Below are positions 29,158 to 37,798 of a stretch of 46,440 bases of DNA, one piece after another. How positions within the stretch are numbered: position 1 is the stretch's first letter; every line of letters begins with the position of its first letter. The position numbers and the translations under genes are program-made. This DNA is from Escherichia phage vB_EcoS_AHS24. Below the pieces are notes generated by a model, which saw nothing but the letters and a program-made list of their open reading frames with translations, made no database searches and was not told the DNA's origin. Location: the sequence record NC_024784.1; one strand, 5' to 3'.

Positions 29158-30081
29158 CTATGAATGCTTATCTATCAGATCTTGCGGGTTATATAACCTT
29201 CTTTCAAGCCCCATCTTGAAATTGCCACCTTTAGGTATTACGACTTTTAGACCTCTATCATCAGCAACATAAAGCGACTCCTTTTCATCAGCTAAGCAAG
29301 CTATCCTGCACTCTTTATTCCTGAGTTCATAAGCAACCATTTCTAAGTTGTGGTGAGTTAGGCAGTCGTAAGTTGTCCTTTTTGTGCATGCCGATACATG
29401 TAGTGCGTTAATCCAGCCAACAGTGAGGTAGATAGCGCCATCACTACATTTACTTACCGGAACAACCGAGCCGCGAGTGTAGTCTTTTGCGAGATATGAC
29501 TCATTACCCTCTTCATCTATAAACTTTACGTTACAAGGCTCATCTGATAAACCATCCTCGTAAACCATAAAGCATTGCTCGGCTATAATTTCTTCTCCAG
29601 ACCCCTTTATTCCTATTTTGTATTCCCGTTCAGTAATAATTGCTTCAAATCTCGTAAGCTGTGTCATTTCTACAGACTTGGTGCGAGACATTACCTTCTC
29701 GATTGATTCAATGGATGCCTGAGCGCCAAAGTTATATCTCTGAACTCGGCTCGCTGCTTTGTTTGCCTTCACTATGATTTCGACGGGAGTCAAATTAAGC
29801 CAGTCGCCAAGTAAATTTATAGCTTCCGCAAATCTAAGGCCGGAACATTTCATAACCCATCCTATTCCTGAGTCACTTCCGCACTTAGAGCAAACTGCGG
29901 CCCCATTACCTTTTTCGCTTCCTATTTCGTCTGTAAACCTGAATCTGTCAGTACCAAAGCAATAAGGGCACGGCCCGTGCTTCTTGCTAAGGTGTCTATC
30001 ATTCCAACCAAGCTCCTTTGCATAAAATGATTTCCACAATCCAGCCATTTTAGGTATTACTTCATTCTTGTCGTAATTCAT
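29158..30081 (-). CDS. DNA primase (zinc-ribbon + TOPRIM)
   Basis: CPYC...CSKC zinc-binding motif at N-terminus; acidic TOPRIM-like C-terminal half. Confidence 0.65.
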   Translation of the reverse strand: MNYDKNEVIPKMAGLWKSFYAKELGWNDRHLSKKHGPCPYCFGTDRFRFTDEIGSEKGNGAAVCSKCGSDSGIGWVMKCSGLRFAEAINLLGDWLNLTPVEIIVKANKAASRVQRYNFGAQASIESIEKVMSRTKSVEMTQLTRFEAIITEREYKIGIKGSGEEIIAEQCFMVYEDGLSDEPCNVKFIDEEGNESYLAKDYTRGSVVPVSKCSDGAIYLTVGWINALHVSACTKRTTYDCLTHHNLEMVAYELRNKECRIACLADEKESLYVADDRGLKVVIPKGGNFKMGLERRLYNPQDLIDKHS

Positions 30082-30133
30082 TTTTATTTAATCCAATAAA
30101 AAGGTTGTACCGATTATGGCACAACCTTAATTT

Positions 30134-30607
30134 TTACTCTTTAGCTTTTCGTGCTTCTTCTCTTTCTTTCTTAACCTTTCGCCATGATTTACGCTGCGGC
30201 TTGGTTGCTAACTCAGCTTCTGTAACAACTCGAAGCATCTGACGCTTCTTGCATCGCAGTGTTAGAGGCTTGCCGTTACCGTCGAACTGTAAATCAGGTC
30301 GGCAGAATGTAGCCCTGAACCCCTCGCCAGTTCGCTTATATCGATTATGCGCAAGCTGTGCGCCGCGAGCTGAAATCATTCCCCGCTTACACCATTCTTC
30401 TACAGCCTGGCGCGTAACCTTTAGCTGCTTAGCTAGATTGGCCTTGCTGCCGTAGAAGTCCAAGACAATCTCAAGGCGCGCCCTTAATCCTGCTCTCACC
30501 TCATCCTTTAGTACATAGTAACCTGATGGACGCTTACGCGGCTTCTTGTCTTCTGTGCGAATTGTTCCGTTGTTACCATTAAGAGTACGCTTGTCAATTG
30601 AATCCAT
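30134..30607 (-). CDS. HTH DNA-binding protein (putative transcriptional regulator)
   Basis: LAKQLKVTRQAVEEW helix-turn-helix-like segment; basic C-terminus. Confidence 0.5.
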   Translation of the reverse strand: MDSIDKRTLNGNNGTIRTEDKKPRKRPSGYYVLKDEVRAGLRARLEIVLDFYGSKANLAKQLKVTRQAVEEWCKRGMISARGAQLAHNRYKRTGEGFRATFCRPDLQFDGNGKPLTLRCKKRQMLRVVTEAELATKPQRKSWRKVKKEREEARKAKE

Positions 30608-30617
30608 TTTCTCACCT

Positions 30618-30663
30618 CAATAGCACTTTTTGTTAAACATTGGTTTAGATGGCTGTTATTATA
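30618..30663 (+). promoter_or_regulatory. promoter cassette copy (T-rich variant)
   Basis: AATAGCACTTTTTGTTAAA + 21 bp + TATTAT + leader TCAATCGAACGAACA; upstream of helicase. Confidence 0.55.
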
Positions 30664-32643
30664 TCGTCAATCGAACGAACATTAAAGGCATTTGATATTA
30701 TGGAAAACCGATTGAAAACAATACAAAAACAGATTGAAGAATTGGGCGAAGATAAGATTAAAGAGATTCAAACTAAATTCACCTCTTCTAACGGTATGGT
30801 TCCGTATAGCTATCAGTGTGTTATGTACAATGAGATTGCAAAGCGCATTAGTCGCTATGAGCATCCATTTATCGCAATGGCTTCAGTTTCTGCTGGTAAG
30901 ACTCTGGTTTTTGGTATGGTTGCTAAGCGTTGCTCTGAGCTTGGCTTGCCTATGCTTGTTCTTGCTCGTCAGGCAGAGCTGGTTAGCCAGAATGCTTCTG
31001 AGATTTCTGATTACGGGGTTCCTAACTCCATTTATTGCTCTGGGCTTGGAATAAAATCATCTTATTTCCCTGTGGTGGTTGGCTCTGAGGGCACAGTAGT
31101 TGGCGGGCTTAAGAAGTCACTTGGCGATTTCTGTCCTGCGGTAGTTGCTATTGATGAGTGTCACCATATTGATGACCAGGACATAGCGGAGGCAATTGAT
31201 AACAATGAGACTGCGCAACAGGCATCAGATAAGGGGCGTAGCCAGTATACGGTCATCATCCTGACTTTAATGGAGCGCTGCCGTGCTAAGTATGGCAAGA
31301 ATCTTCGTATCTTTGGACTGACTGGTTCTCCTTTCCGTGGAACTACGCCAATAGTTGTTGAAAACAAAAAGGAGTTGGGATTTTGGCGTGAGACGGTCAC
31401 AAATATCGATACAAACTACCTGGTCGAGTTCGGTTCCGTGGTTCCGACAAACTTTGGTGCTACTGATGGCGTTGGTTACGACCTGTCAGAGTTTGATGCA
31501 TCATCTGAAGATGGTGTTCAGGATTACACTAAAGCCCAGCTTGAAGCCATGGATAAAAAGATTCAGGCATCTGGAACAATGACAGCGGAGATAATGAAGA
31601 AAGTATGGCTTGCCGCGAAAAACAGGAATGGAGTTCTGGTAACATGCGCAGGTGAGCGCCATTGCCACGAAGCCGCAAGTTACCTTCCTGAAGGTGAAAA
31701 GTTCTGCATTATAACTGGAAAGACTGGCGAGAAGCAGCGCAAGGAGTTGCTTGATAAGTGCTTTAGCGGGGAGATTAAATATTGCTTTCAGGTTCAGGCG
31801 CTAACCACTGGCGTAAATGTGCCTACATGGGATACAAGCGTTATTCTGCGTAAGATTGGTAGCCTTACGCTCCTGGTTCAGCTACTTGGTCGAGGAATGC
31901 GTAAGCTTAAGAAGCTCCATGAAGATAAAGGAATGGTCAAGAATGACCATTTGGTACTGGACTTCGCAGGAACGATGGACTCTATGGCATCATTGTACTT
32001 CAATCCAATTCTTGAGCAGGCTCAATATCAGCTACGAAAGAGTAATGGCAAGGAGACTAAGCAGTGTCCAGTATGCGGAACAGAGAACAGCTTCTTTGCT
32101 CGACGTTGCATGCATATTGATGAGAATAATAATCGCTGCGAATATTTCTGGGTTAGTCGCACATGTGAAGACCAGAAAGACCCACGAACCGGAAAGGTTA
32201 TCGTTAAAGGCTGCGGAGTTCAGAATGACGTTGCAGCTAAGATTTGTAGGGGTTGCGATTGCACTTTGCTTGATCCAAATCTCAACTTAAGCGGCAAACA
32301 TTACCGCAAGAACGACTGGTTTGATGTTGTTGACTTTAAGGTTGGGCTAACAAAGAACCAATCAGGAATCATCTACAACTACATCCTTGATGATGGCATG
32401 GGTGGGACATTCAAAGCTCATGAGGTTTTCTTTGTAGAGTCTGACCATCGAGTATGTAAAACGCTCTGGTTGAACAATGGAATTAAAGGTCACGTAGTCG
32501 ACATGAACGCTAAGCGATATATGGCTGCATATCGCAATGCTCGCAAGATTATGGAGTATGCGCAGTACATCCATGCTCCTAAGAGGGTAACTCACCGCAA
32601 GACCGCTAAAGGTGGCGATAATATTGCTAATAAGGAGTTCTAA
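30649..32643 (+). CDS. SF2 DNA helicase
   Basis: Walker A SVSAGKTLVF; motif II IDECHH; C-terminal Cys-rich zinc-finger region; possible true start ATG 30700. Confidence 0.8.
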   Translation: MAVIISSIERTLKAFDIMENRLKTIQKQIEELGEDKIKEIQTKFTSSNGMVPYSYQCVMYNEIAKRISRYEHPFIAMASVSAGKTLVFGMVAKRCSELGLPMLVLARQAELVSQNASEISDYGVPNSIYCSGLGIKSSYFPVVVGSEGTVVGGLKKSLGDFCPAVVAIDECHHIDDQDIAEAIDNNETAQQASDKGRSQYTVIILTLMERCRAKYGKNLRIFGLTGSPFRGTTPIVVENKKELGFWRETVTNIDTNYLVEFGSVVPTNFGATDGVGYDLSEFDASSEDGVQDYTKAQLEAMDKKIQASGTMTAEIMKKVWLAAKNRNGVLVTCAGERHCHEAASYLPEGEKFCIITGKTGEKQRKELLDKCFSGEIKYCFQVQALTTGVNVPTWDTSVILRKIGSLTLLVQLLGRGMRKLKKLHEDKGMVKNDHLVLDFAGTMDSMASLYFNPILEQAQYQLRKSNGKETKQCPVCGTENSFFARRCMHIDENNNRCEYFWVSRTCEDQKDPRTGKVIVKGCGVQNDVAAKICRGCDCTLLDPNLNLSGKHYRKNDWFDVVDFKVGLTKNQSGIIYNYILDDGMGGTFKAHEVFFVESDHRVCKTLWLNNGIKGHVVDMNAKRYMAAYRNARKIMEYAQYIHAPKRVTHRKTAKGGDNIANKEF

Positions 32644-33032
32644 TGGTTAAGGTTTTTCACGACAAAACAAGCACGGACAAGGCTAAAGAGGTTGTTCACC
32701 AAATAAATTCAATAGCTTGGGTTCGCCACAACCATCCAGAGATATTTGCTTTTCACGTGAAGAATGAAGGTCTCAAGTCTATCGGCACAGCAATGAAGGA
32801 CAAGCAGGAGGGAGTAATTAAGGGTGTATCAGATATTCTACTGATTGGACCAAATGGCTTTGCCGCAATAGAGCTTAAGCGAGCAATAAAATCAGATAGC
32901 AAGGTTTCAAAGGAGCAAAAGGAGTTCCTGGAAAAGGTATCAGAAACAGGAGGTTACGCGGCAATCTGTTATGGGTTTGAAATGTTTAAGTTGGCAATTA
33001 CAGATTATCTATCAAATAGCACGAATTGCTAA
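32643..33032 (+). CDS. VRR-NUC domain nuclease
   Basis: D...IELK-type nuclease core (DILLIGPNGFAAIELKRA); last codons STNC-stop are encoded by the promoter motif. Confidence 0.55.
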   Translation: MVKVFHDKTSTDKAKEVVHQINSIAWVRHNHPEIFAFHVKNEGLKSIGTAMKDKQEGVIKGVSDILLIGPNGFAAIELKRAIKSDSKVSKEQKEFLEKVSETGGYAAICYGFEMFKLAITDYLSNSTNC

Positions 33033-33059
33033 AGAGATTTCGCAAGGATGCGATATAGT
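33014..33059 (+). promoter_or_regulatory. promoter cassette copy
   Basis: AAATAGCACGAATTGCTAAA + 22 bp + TATAGTTAC + TTCATCGAAACGAAGAGAG; motif also encodes VRR-NUC C-terminus. Confidence 0.65.
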
Positions 33060-33090
33060 TACTTCATCGAAACGAAGAGAGAGAAACAAA

Positions 33091-33285
33091 ATGACTACTA
33101 TCTACACTGAAAAGCTGTACAAGTCACGCAAAACTAGTTATGAATATGAATTAGCAATCACCCCTGAGGGTTATATTCTTGATGATGGAGACGGTTACTC
33201 ATTCGAAGTTAGCCCAACATACAAAGATGATTTAGAGACTGTTAAAAACGCATTCGGCGAAAAATTTGATGAGGTGTCAGAATAA
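33091..33285 (+). CDS. hypothetical protein
   Basis: 64 aa from ATG 33091 downstream of cassette leader. Confidence 0.5.
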   Translation: MTTIYTEKLYKSRKTSYEYELAITPEGYILDDGDGYSFEVSPTYKDDLETVKNAFGEKFDEVSE

Positions 33286-33503
33286 TGAAATTAACCTTTG
33301 ATAAGCAATGGGAACTCTTTCAGGCAATGGTGGCGCAGGAGTTGAGTAAAGCTGGATATAAAAATGATGTTTGGGATTTAGCTTGGTGTCTTGATTATAG
33401 TTTCGAAGAGGATTATCTGAACACTGATATCGAAACATGGCGCGACCGAATGATTGCTGATATCGAAGAAATGAAGAAAGATTGCCCGGAGGATTTTTCA
33501 TGA
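33285..33503 (+). CDS. hypothetical protein
   Basis: 72 aa, ATGA-coupled start. Confidence 0.5.
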   Translation: MKLTFDKQWELFQAMVAQELSKAGYKNDVWDLAWCLDYSFEEDYLNTDIETWRDRMIADIEEMKKDCPEDFS

Positions 33504-33700
33504 TTACTGCGAATTGCGTAATGACGAACGGCTCATTCACCCTGCTCAATGAGTATGAATTCAAACTTGACCCGATTAATGACCAGGTTGAAATAGTTAG
33601 CGATGACGGATTTGCATGGAAGTTACATAATGAATTTGATGGGTACTACGGGTGTAATGATGCGAAAGGTAAGCATGTAAGTTTTCTTGTTTATGAGTAA
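33500..33700 (+). CDS. hypothetical protein
   Basis: 66 aa from ATG 33500 with GGAGG RBS. Confidence 0.45.
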   Translation: MITANCVMTNGSFTLLNEYEFKLDPINDQVEIVSDDGFAWKLHNEFDGYYGCNDAKGKHVSFLVYE

Positions 33701-33744
33701 ATAGCACTTTTTGTTAAAACTAAAATACAAGGATGGATTATATT
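33699..33744 (+). promoter_or_regulatory. promoter cassette copy (T-rich variant)
   Basis: AAATAGCACTTTTTGTTAAA + 22 bp + TATATT. Confidence 0.55.
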
Positions 33745-33774
33745 AATTACATCAGCAAATGAGAGGGTTAAGAG

Positions 33775-33900
33775 ATGAAAATTATAGACAAAGAGATGTT
33801 CGAGATTGCGCAGTCTTTCGCAAATGACGCAGTTAAGACTGGATCTGAATATTGCTGGATGTGCGCTCGAGAATATTTAAAAATGGCTTACGGCCTATGA
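33775..33900 (+). CDS. hypothetical small protein
   Basis: 41 aa ORF after cassette leader, ATGA-coupled to next gene. Confidence 0.35.
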   Translation: MKIIDKEMFEIAQSFANDAVKTGSEYCWMCAREYLKMAYGL

Positions 33901-34136
33901 TAGTTGAAACCGGACGCGCCGCTGTATGGGCGCATTGTGGAGAGGCGGAATTGCAGGATGACATCAAGATGATAGGTAAATACTTTGATATTGATGACAT
34001 ATCTGTAGTTTTCAATGGGAAGTTTAGTTATATGAACCAGCGGCCACGCAAGTATGTAAGAGTTCCAGCAACGCCTAGCCTCGCAATGTATCGTGAGGAA
34101 GGTAAGAAGATATTTAAGAAAGGTGCGAAGAAATGA
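33897..34136 (+). CDS. hypothetical protein
   Basis: 79 aa from ATG 33897. Confidence 0.45.
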   Translation: MIVETGRAAVWAHCGEAELQDDIKMIGKYFDIDDISVVFNGKFSYMNQRPRKYVRVPATPSLAMYREEGKKIFKKGAKK

Positions 34137-34390
34137 ATTTACCTGGTCTAGATTTTGATGAGAGTAAGTATCAGGTTGTGTTTTTTGGTGAGAAGCCTTA
34201 TCGGAAGATTCCTTTCTCTGAGTGGATTCCTCCGGACTACCTCGATGTACTGGTGCAAATTGAGATTGGTAAAGCTGAGTTGATGTACTATTCGCCAGGT
34301 TGCAATATGATGATGCCTAGTGAGTATTCACCAGCAATTTCTGCTCTAGAAACTGAGTTTCTTGATTACTGGCTAAAAGAAGTAAAATAG
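34133..34390 (+). CDS. hypothetical protein
   Basis: 85 aa, ATGA-coupled. Confidence 0.5.
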   Translation: MNLPGLDFDESKYQVVFFGEKPYRKIPFSEWIPPDYLDVLVQIEIGKAELMYYSPGCNMMMPSEYSPAISALETEFLDYWLKEVK

Positions 34391-34430
34391 CACTTTTTGT
34401 TAAAACACATCGCCATGGATGGCGTATAGT
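34385..34430 (+). promoter_or_regulatory. promoter cassette copy (T-rich variant)
   Basis: AAATAGCACTTTTTGTTAAA + 22 bp + TATAGT + TTCATCGAAACGAGAGACG; upstream of phosphoesterase. Confidence 0.6.
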
Positions 34431-34541
34431 GTGTTCATCGAAACGAGAGACGATTCAGATGAAAACATTACTACCGTTGATGGCTATGCCATTAACCTTT
34501 ATAATCATGTACTTCATAATCTGCTAACAGGAAATTAAATA

Positions 34542-35675
34542 ATGGCTATAGCTAAAATCACCAACGAAGAGTTAAAGCAAGAACTGGCTAACGGTATGAC
34601 TAACAAGGCAATCGCAGAGAAGTACGGTATGAATATTCGTAACGTAGAGCTGCGTCGCAGCAAGTTGGCTAAGGCTGGGGATGGTCACGGTCGCGATGTG
34701 AGTAACCTAATTCCTCAGGGCTACATGGTTAAAGGTGTATCTAGCCTTGTTGATAATGATGGCAATGTGAAGTTGCAATGGGTTAAGTCCTCTGTTGATG
34801 CAGAGAAGCTTGAGGAGATGATGAATCAAGCGCGAGAGGCATTCTCTAGCGAGCTACCAAAAGAAAAAGCAGTTAAATCTGAAGGTCTGAATTTTGATGA
34901 AGATACTTTAGCTATGTATCCAGTATTTGACCTTCACATTGGCGCAATGGCCCACAAGCATGAGTGCGGAGAAAACTACGACACAGCAACGGCAGAGAAA
35001 GTAATGAACGATTATTTTGACTACGCCGTACAGAAATCTCCAAATTCAAAGAATGCTGTACTAGTGCTAGGAGGTGATCTGCTTCATTATGATTCTTTGG
35101 AAGCCAAAACTCCAGCCAGTGGTCACATCCTGGACAGTGACAGTCGCTACGCCAAGATTGTTTATGTTTGCATTCGAGCGGTTCGCCGCGCAATTCGAAA
35201 CATGCTTAGCAAACATGAAAACGTAGAGGTTAAAGTTATATCTGGTAATCATGATGAAAGTGGTATGGTTTGGTTGCGGGCTGCGCTTGCTGCATTTTAT
35301 GAGGAAGAGCCACGCGTTAGTATTGATGTTAGTCCCGCGGCAATGATGGTAACTAAGTTTGGTTCTACAATGCTTGGTTTCACTCACGGGCATCAAATGC
35401 GTAAAGCTGATACTCGCCTTTCGGTTATGGCTACTGACTGGCGACGTGACTTTGGTTTAAGTGATTATGTATACACCCACTCAGGACACTGGCATTCACA
35501 GAAGATTACAGAGACAAATCTTGGTATTGATGAGGTTCATGGTCAGCTTGGTTCACCAGATGCATATAGTGCGAATGGTGGATGGCGCTCACAAAGGCAG
35601 GCCGCGGTAATCATCTATCATAAAGAGTTTGGTGAGGTTGGTCGCTTTATCTGCCGTCCAGAAATGTTCAAATAA
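34542..35675 (+). CDS. metallophosphoesterase with N-terminal HTH-like domain
   Basis: Calcineurin-like motifs DLHIG, GGDLLH, GNHDE, THGH, GHWH; N-terminal KAIAEKYGMNIRNV HTH-like. Confidence 0.65.
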   Translation: MAIAKITNEELKQELANGMTNKAIAEKYGMNIRNVELRRSKLAKAGDGHGRDVSNLIPQGYMVKGVSSLVDNDGNVKLQWVKSSVDAEKLEEMMNQAREAFSSELPKEKAVKSEGLNFDEDTLAMYPVFDLHIGAMAHKHECGENYDTATAEKVMNDYFDYAVQKSPNSKNAVLVLGGDLLHYDSLEAKTPASGHILDSDSRYAKIVYVCIRAVRRAIRNMLSKHENVEVKVISGNHDESGMVWLRAALAAFYEEEPRVSIDVSPAAMMVTKFGSTMLGFTHGHQMRKADTRLSVMATDWRRDFGLSDYVYTHSGHWHSQKITETNLGIDEVHGQLGSPDAYSANGGWRSQRQAAVIIYHKEFGEVGRFICRPEMFK

Positions 35676-35693
35676 TATCACTTTTTGTTAAAG
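35674..35693 (+). promoter_or_regulatory. degenerate promoter-motif copy
   Basis: AATATCACTTTTTGTTAAAG; no TATAGT at fixed spacing; hairpin AAGCC-attcgag-GCTT follows. Confidence 0.35.
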
Positions 35694-35740
35694 CCATTCG
35701 AGGCTTTTGAGATGCGTCAGCTACAGATATAGGAATCAAA

Positions 35741-35938
35741 ATGATTACAGAGATGATTTTAGTTGCAAGCCTTTCATCTCCATTGGTATCTCAACAGTAT
35801 TGTGAACTTGGAAAAGAGATTTACCATGAAGGAGTGGAATTAAGAACGGTTGTTGATTGGCTTAATCACAGCACGATGAATATTGATGATAAAAAGATTG
35901 TCCTTGAGTGCTATATAGTGGAGGCAAATAAAGTCTAA
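35741..35938 (+). CDS. hypothetical protein
   Basis: 65 aa ORF. Confidence 0.45.
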   Translation: MITEMILVASLSSPLVSQQYCELGKEIYHEGVELRTVVDWLNHSTMNIDDKKIVLECYIVEANKV

Positions 35939-35981
35939 ATAGCACGAATTGCTAAAACGAAAATCAAAAGATGGGGTATAG
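35936..35981 (+). promoter_or_regulatory. promoter cassette copy
   Basis: AAATAGCACGAATTGCTAAA + 22 bp + TATAGTTAC within hairpin GATGGGG/CCCCATC + leader AAACGAGAGGA. Confidence 0.65.
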
Positions 35982-36014
35982 TTACCCCATCTAAACAAAC
36001 GAGAGGATACAAAG

Positions 36015-36200
36015 ATGGCTAAATTCACACAATCAGATGCACAAATCGAAGTTAAAGATGTTGGTTTTGGTAAGACCTTTAAGATTGCGCAGGCATACGG
36101 CTCTAGCGAAGATGATATAAAGGTTGACACTATTAACCTTACGTCTAAAAATGCACGTGAAATCGCTTATGCAATCCTTGCCGCACTTGGAGAGCGTTAA
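36015..36200 (+). CDS. hypothetical protein
   Basis: 61 aa, GAGAGG RBS. Confidence 0.45.
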   Translation: MAKFTQSDAQIEVKDVGFGKTFKIAQAYGSSEDDIKVDTINLTSKNAREIAYAILAALGER

Positions 36201-36388
36201 TGTTGCAAGCAATTAAAGCTGATATGGTTAAGGTGCGTGATGAAGTTTTGTTCTCAAATTGCCCGCCGCAGAAAGTTAAGTCTACAAGCCTTGAGTATTA
36301 CCATAGCTGTACTTTTGTAATGATTAAGACCGTTGGTGGCAACTGCTTCCCGATTAATGTAAACACGCTTATTTGTGTAAATCGTTGA
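36200..36388 (+). CDS. hypothetical protein
   Basis: 62 aa, TAATG-coupled. Confidence 0.4.
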   Translation: MLQAIKADMVKVRDEVLFSNCPPQKVKSTSLEYYHSCTFVMIKTVGGNCFPINVNTLICVNR

Positions 36389-36400
36389 GAGATTATCAAA

Positions 36401-36573
36401 ATGACTAAATTATTCTGCGTTAGCAACAAATCTAAATCACTGCCTTTTACTGTAAATAATCCCTACAGTGGTGAGTACCAGGGTGATGGTAACTACAAGA
36501 TTTATGGCGATGACATGACTTGGATCTTCGCTCCCATTGATGGAGAACTGGTGGAATTTATTATCGAAGACTA
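36401..36573 (+). CDS. hypothetical small protein
   Basis: 57 aa ORF (below ORF-track cutoff) followed by terminator. Confidence 0.35.
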
Positions 36574-36599
36574 ACTTATAAGAAACATCAACTTGCAAA

Positions 36600-36626
36600 C
36601 AGGCGGCCTTTATGGCTGCCTTTTTT
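36600..36626 (+). terminator. intrinsic terminator
   Basis: AGGCGGCC-tttat-GGCTGCCT (one G-U pair) + T7, upstream of lysis cassette. Confidence 0.7.
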
Positions 36627-36689
36627 TCGTTTATGTCAAAGTGTAATGTCTGGTATTATTTAACCAAATCAACTTAAAGAGGCCGCAAC

Positions 36690-36905
36690 ATGAAGCATTT
36701 CTATGACGCAGCCGCCTTGTCCGGTAGCGGAGTGGCTATGGGCGGCGGTTTATCTGACAACACAATCATCGGAATTATTGGTTTAGTTATCGCCGTATGC
36801 TTTGGTATTTTTGGCGCATGGCTGCGCTGGCGTGACAGTAAAGCGCTCCATAAAGCACTTGAAGATGGGGATATTCGAGAGGCAATGAGAATCAGGAGTA
36901 AATAA
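36690..36905 (+). CDS. holin (single-TMD, pinholin-like)
   Basis: 71 aa with one hydrophobic segment IIGIIGLVIAVCFGIFGAW and charged C-terminus; immediately upstream of endolysin. Confidence 0.6.
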   Translation: MKHFYDAAALSGSGVAMGGGLSDNTIIGIIGLVIAVCFGIFGAWLRWRDSKALHKALEDGDIREAMRIRSK

Positions 36906-37387
36906 TGAGCATTAAAAATAAGGTAATTGGTTCTGCTGTTGCTGGTGCTATGGCTCTGGCGGTTCCGTTCCTTAATGAGCATGAAGGCGTTGAGTACAAG
37001 CCTTACAAGGATGTTGCTGGGGTATGGACTATTTGCGCAGGAATCACTGGTCCTGACGTTATTCTGGGCAAGGTTTACACACAGCGAGAGTGTGATGCAC
37101 TACTTATGAAGCACTTGTCAATTCATCGTGCCGCTGTTGATAAAGCGTTAAAGGTTGATGTTCCAGTTAGCACCAGGGCTGCCTTGTATAGTTTCTCATT
37201 CAACGTGGGAACTAATGCGATGCGCAAATCAACGGCAATGAGGAAGATTAATTCCGGAGATATCTATGGCGGTTGCAATGCCTTAAGGCTATTTAACAAG
37301 ATTACAATTAATGGTAAAAAGGTTGTATCTAAGGGTTTGGATAATAGACGTGACGCGGAGGTGAAGCTATGCGTTTCGGAGTTGTAG
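36905..37387 (+). CDS. SAR endolysin (phage lysozyme)
   Basis: N-terminal weakly hydrophobic SAR-like segment GSAVAGAMALAVPFL followed by E-x8-D/C-x5-T catalytic motif EGVEYKPYKDVAGVWTICAGIT. Confidence 0.8.
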   Translation: MSIKNKVIGSAVAGAMALAVPFLNEHEGVEYKPYKDVAGVWTICAGITGPDVILGKVYTQRECDALLMKHLSIHRAAVDKALKVDVPVSTRAALYSFSFNVGTNAMRKSTAMRKINSGDIYGGCNALRLFNKITINGKKVVSKGLDNRRDAEVKLCVSEL

Positions 37388-37773
37388 TTCTGGCAATTAT
37401 CTTGCTGACAGGGTGCTCTGCTATGTCAGCCATTTCTGATTTCTTACCAGCAAAGGATGGCGTAGAAGCAACCGCGCAGGTTGGTGAGTCCAACCAGAAA
37501 ACAGGAGTTGGATTGTCAAATCAAACAGACAAATCTAGCTCAACAGAAAGCGACATGCGCAACTCAACTAACAGAGACGTAGATTCATCAAGCCAGAAAA
37601 AGACAGCCGCTACAGGACTATCAGCCAACACAATAACAGCTGAAAAGATTGAAATTCATAGCACTGAAAATTCTGGCTTTGACTCTTTAGTCTGGGGTAT
37701 TCTGGCTGGATTAGTTTCAGGTTTGCTAACTTACTTCGCTTTAAGATTCGCAGGAAACAAAAAAGGAGCCTAA
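37369..37773 (+). CDS. unimolecular spanin (T1 gp11-like u-spanin)
   Basis: N-terminal lipoprotein signal (LLTGCS) plus C-terminal transmembrane helix WGILAGLVSGLLTYFAL; overlaps endolysin end. Confidence 0.7.
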   Translation: MRFGVVVLAIILLTGCSAMSAISDFLPAKDGVEATAQVGESNQKTGVGLSNQTDKSSSTESDMRNSTNRDVDSSSQKKTAATGLSANTITAEKIEIHSTENSGFDSLVWGILAGLVSGLLTYFALRFAGNKKGA

Positions 37774-37798
37774 TGGCTCCTTTATTTTACGCGAACAG
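37769..37798. terminator. bidirectional intrinsic terminator
   Basis: A6-GGAGCC-taat-GGCTCC-TTTATTTT between convergent spanin and minus-strand genes. Confidence 0.65.

Noticed and set aside
30734-32290. Alternative-frame ORFs (106 aa and 157 aa) within the helicase gene
   Set aside because: Internal out-of-frame ORFs inside a gene with clear helicase motifs; hydrophobic low-complexity translations.
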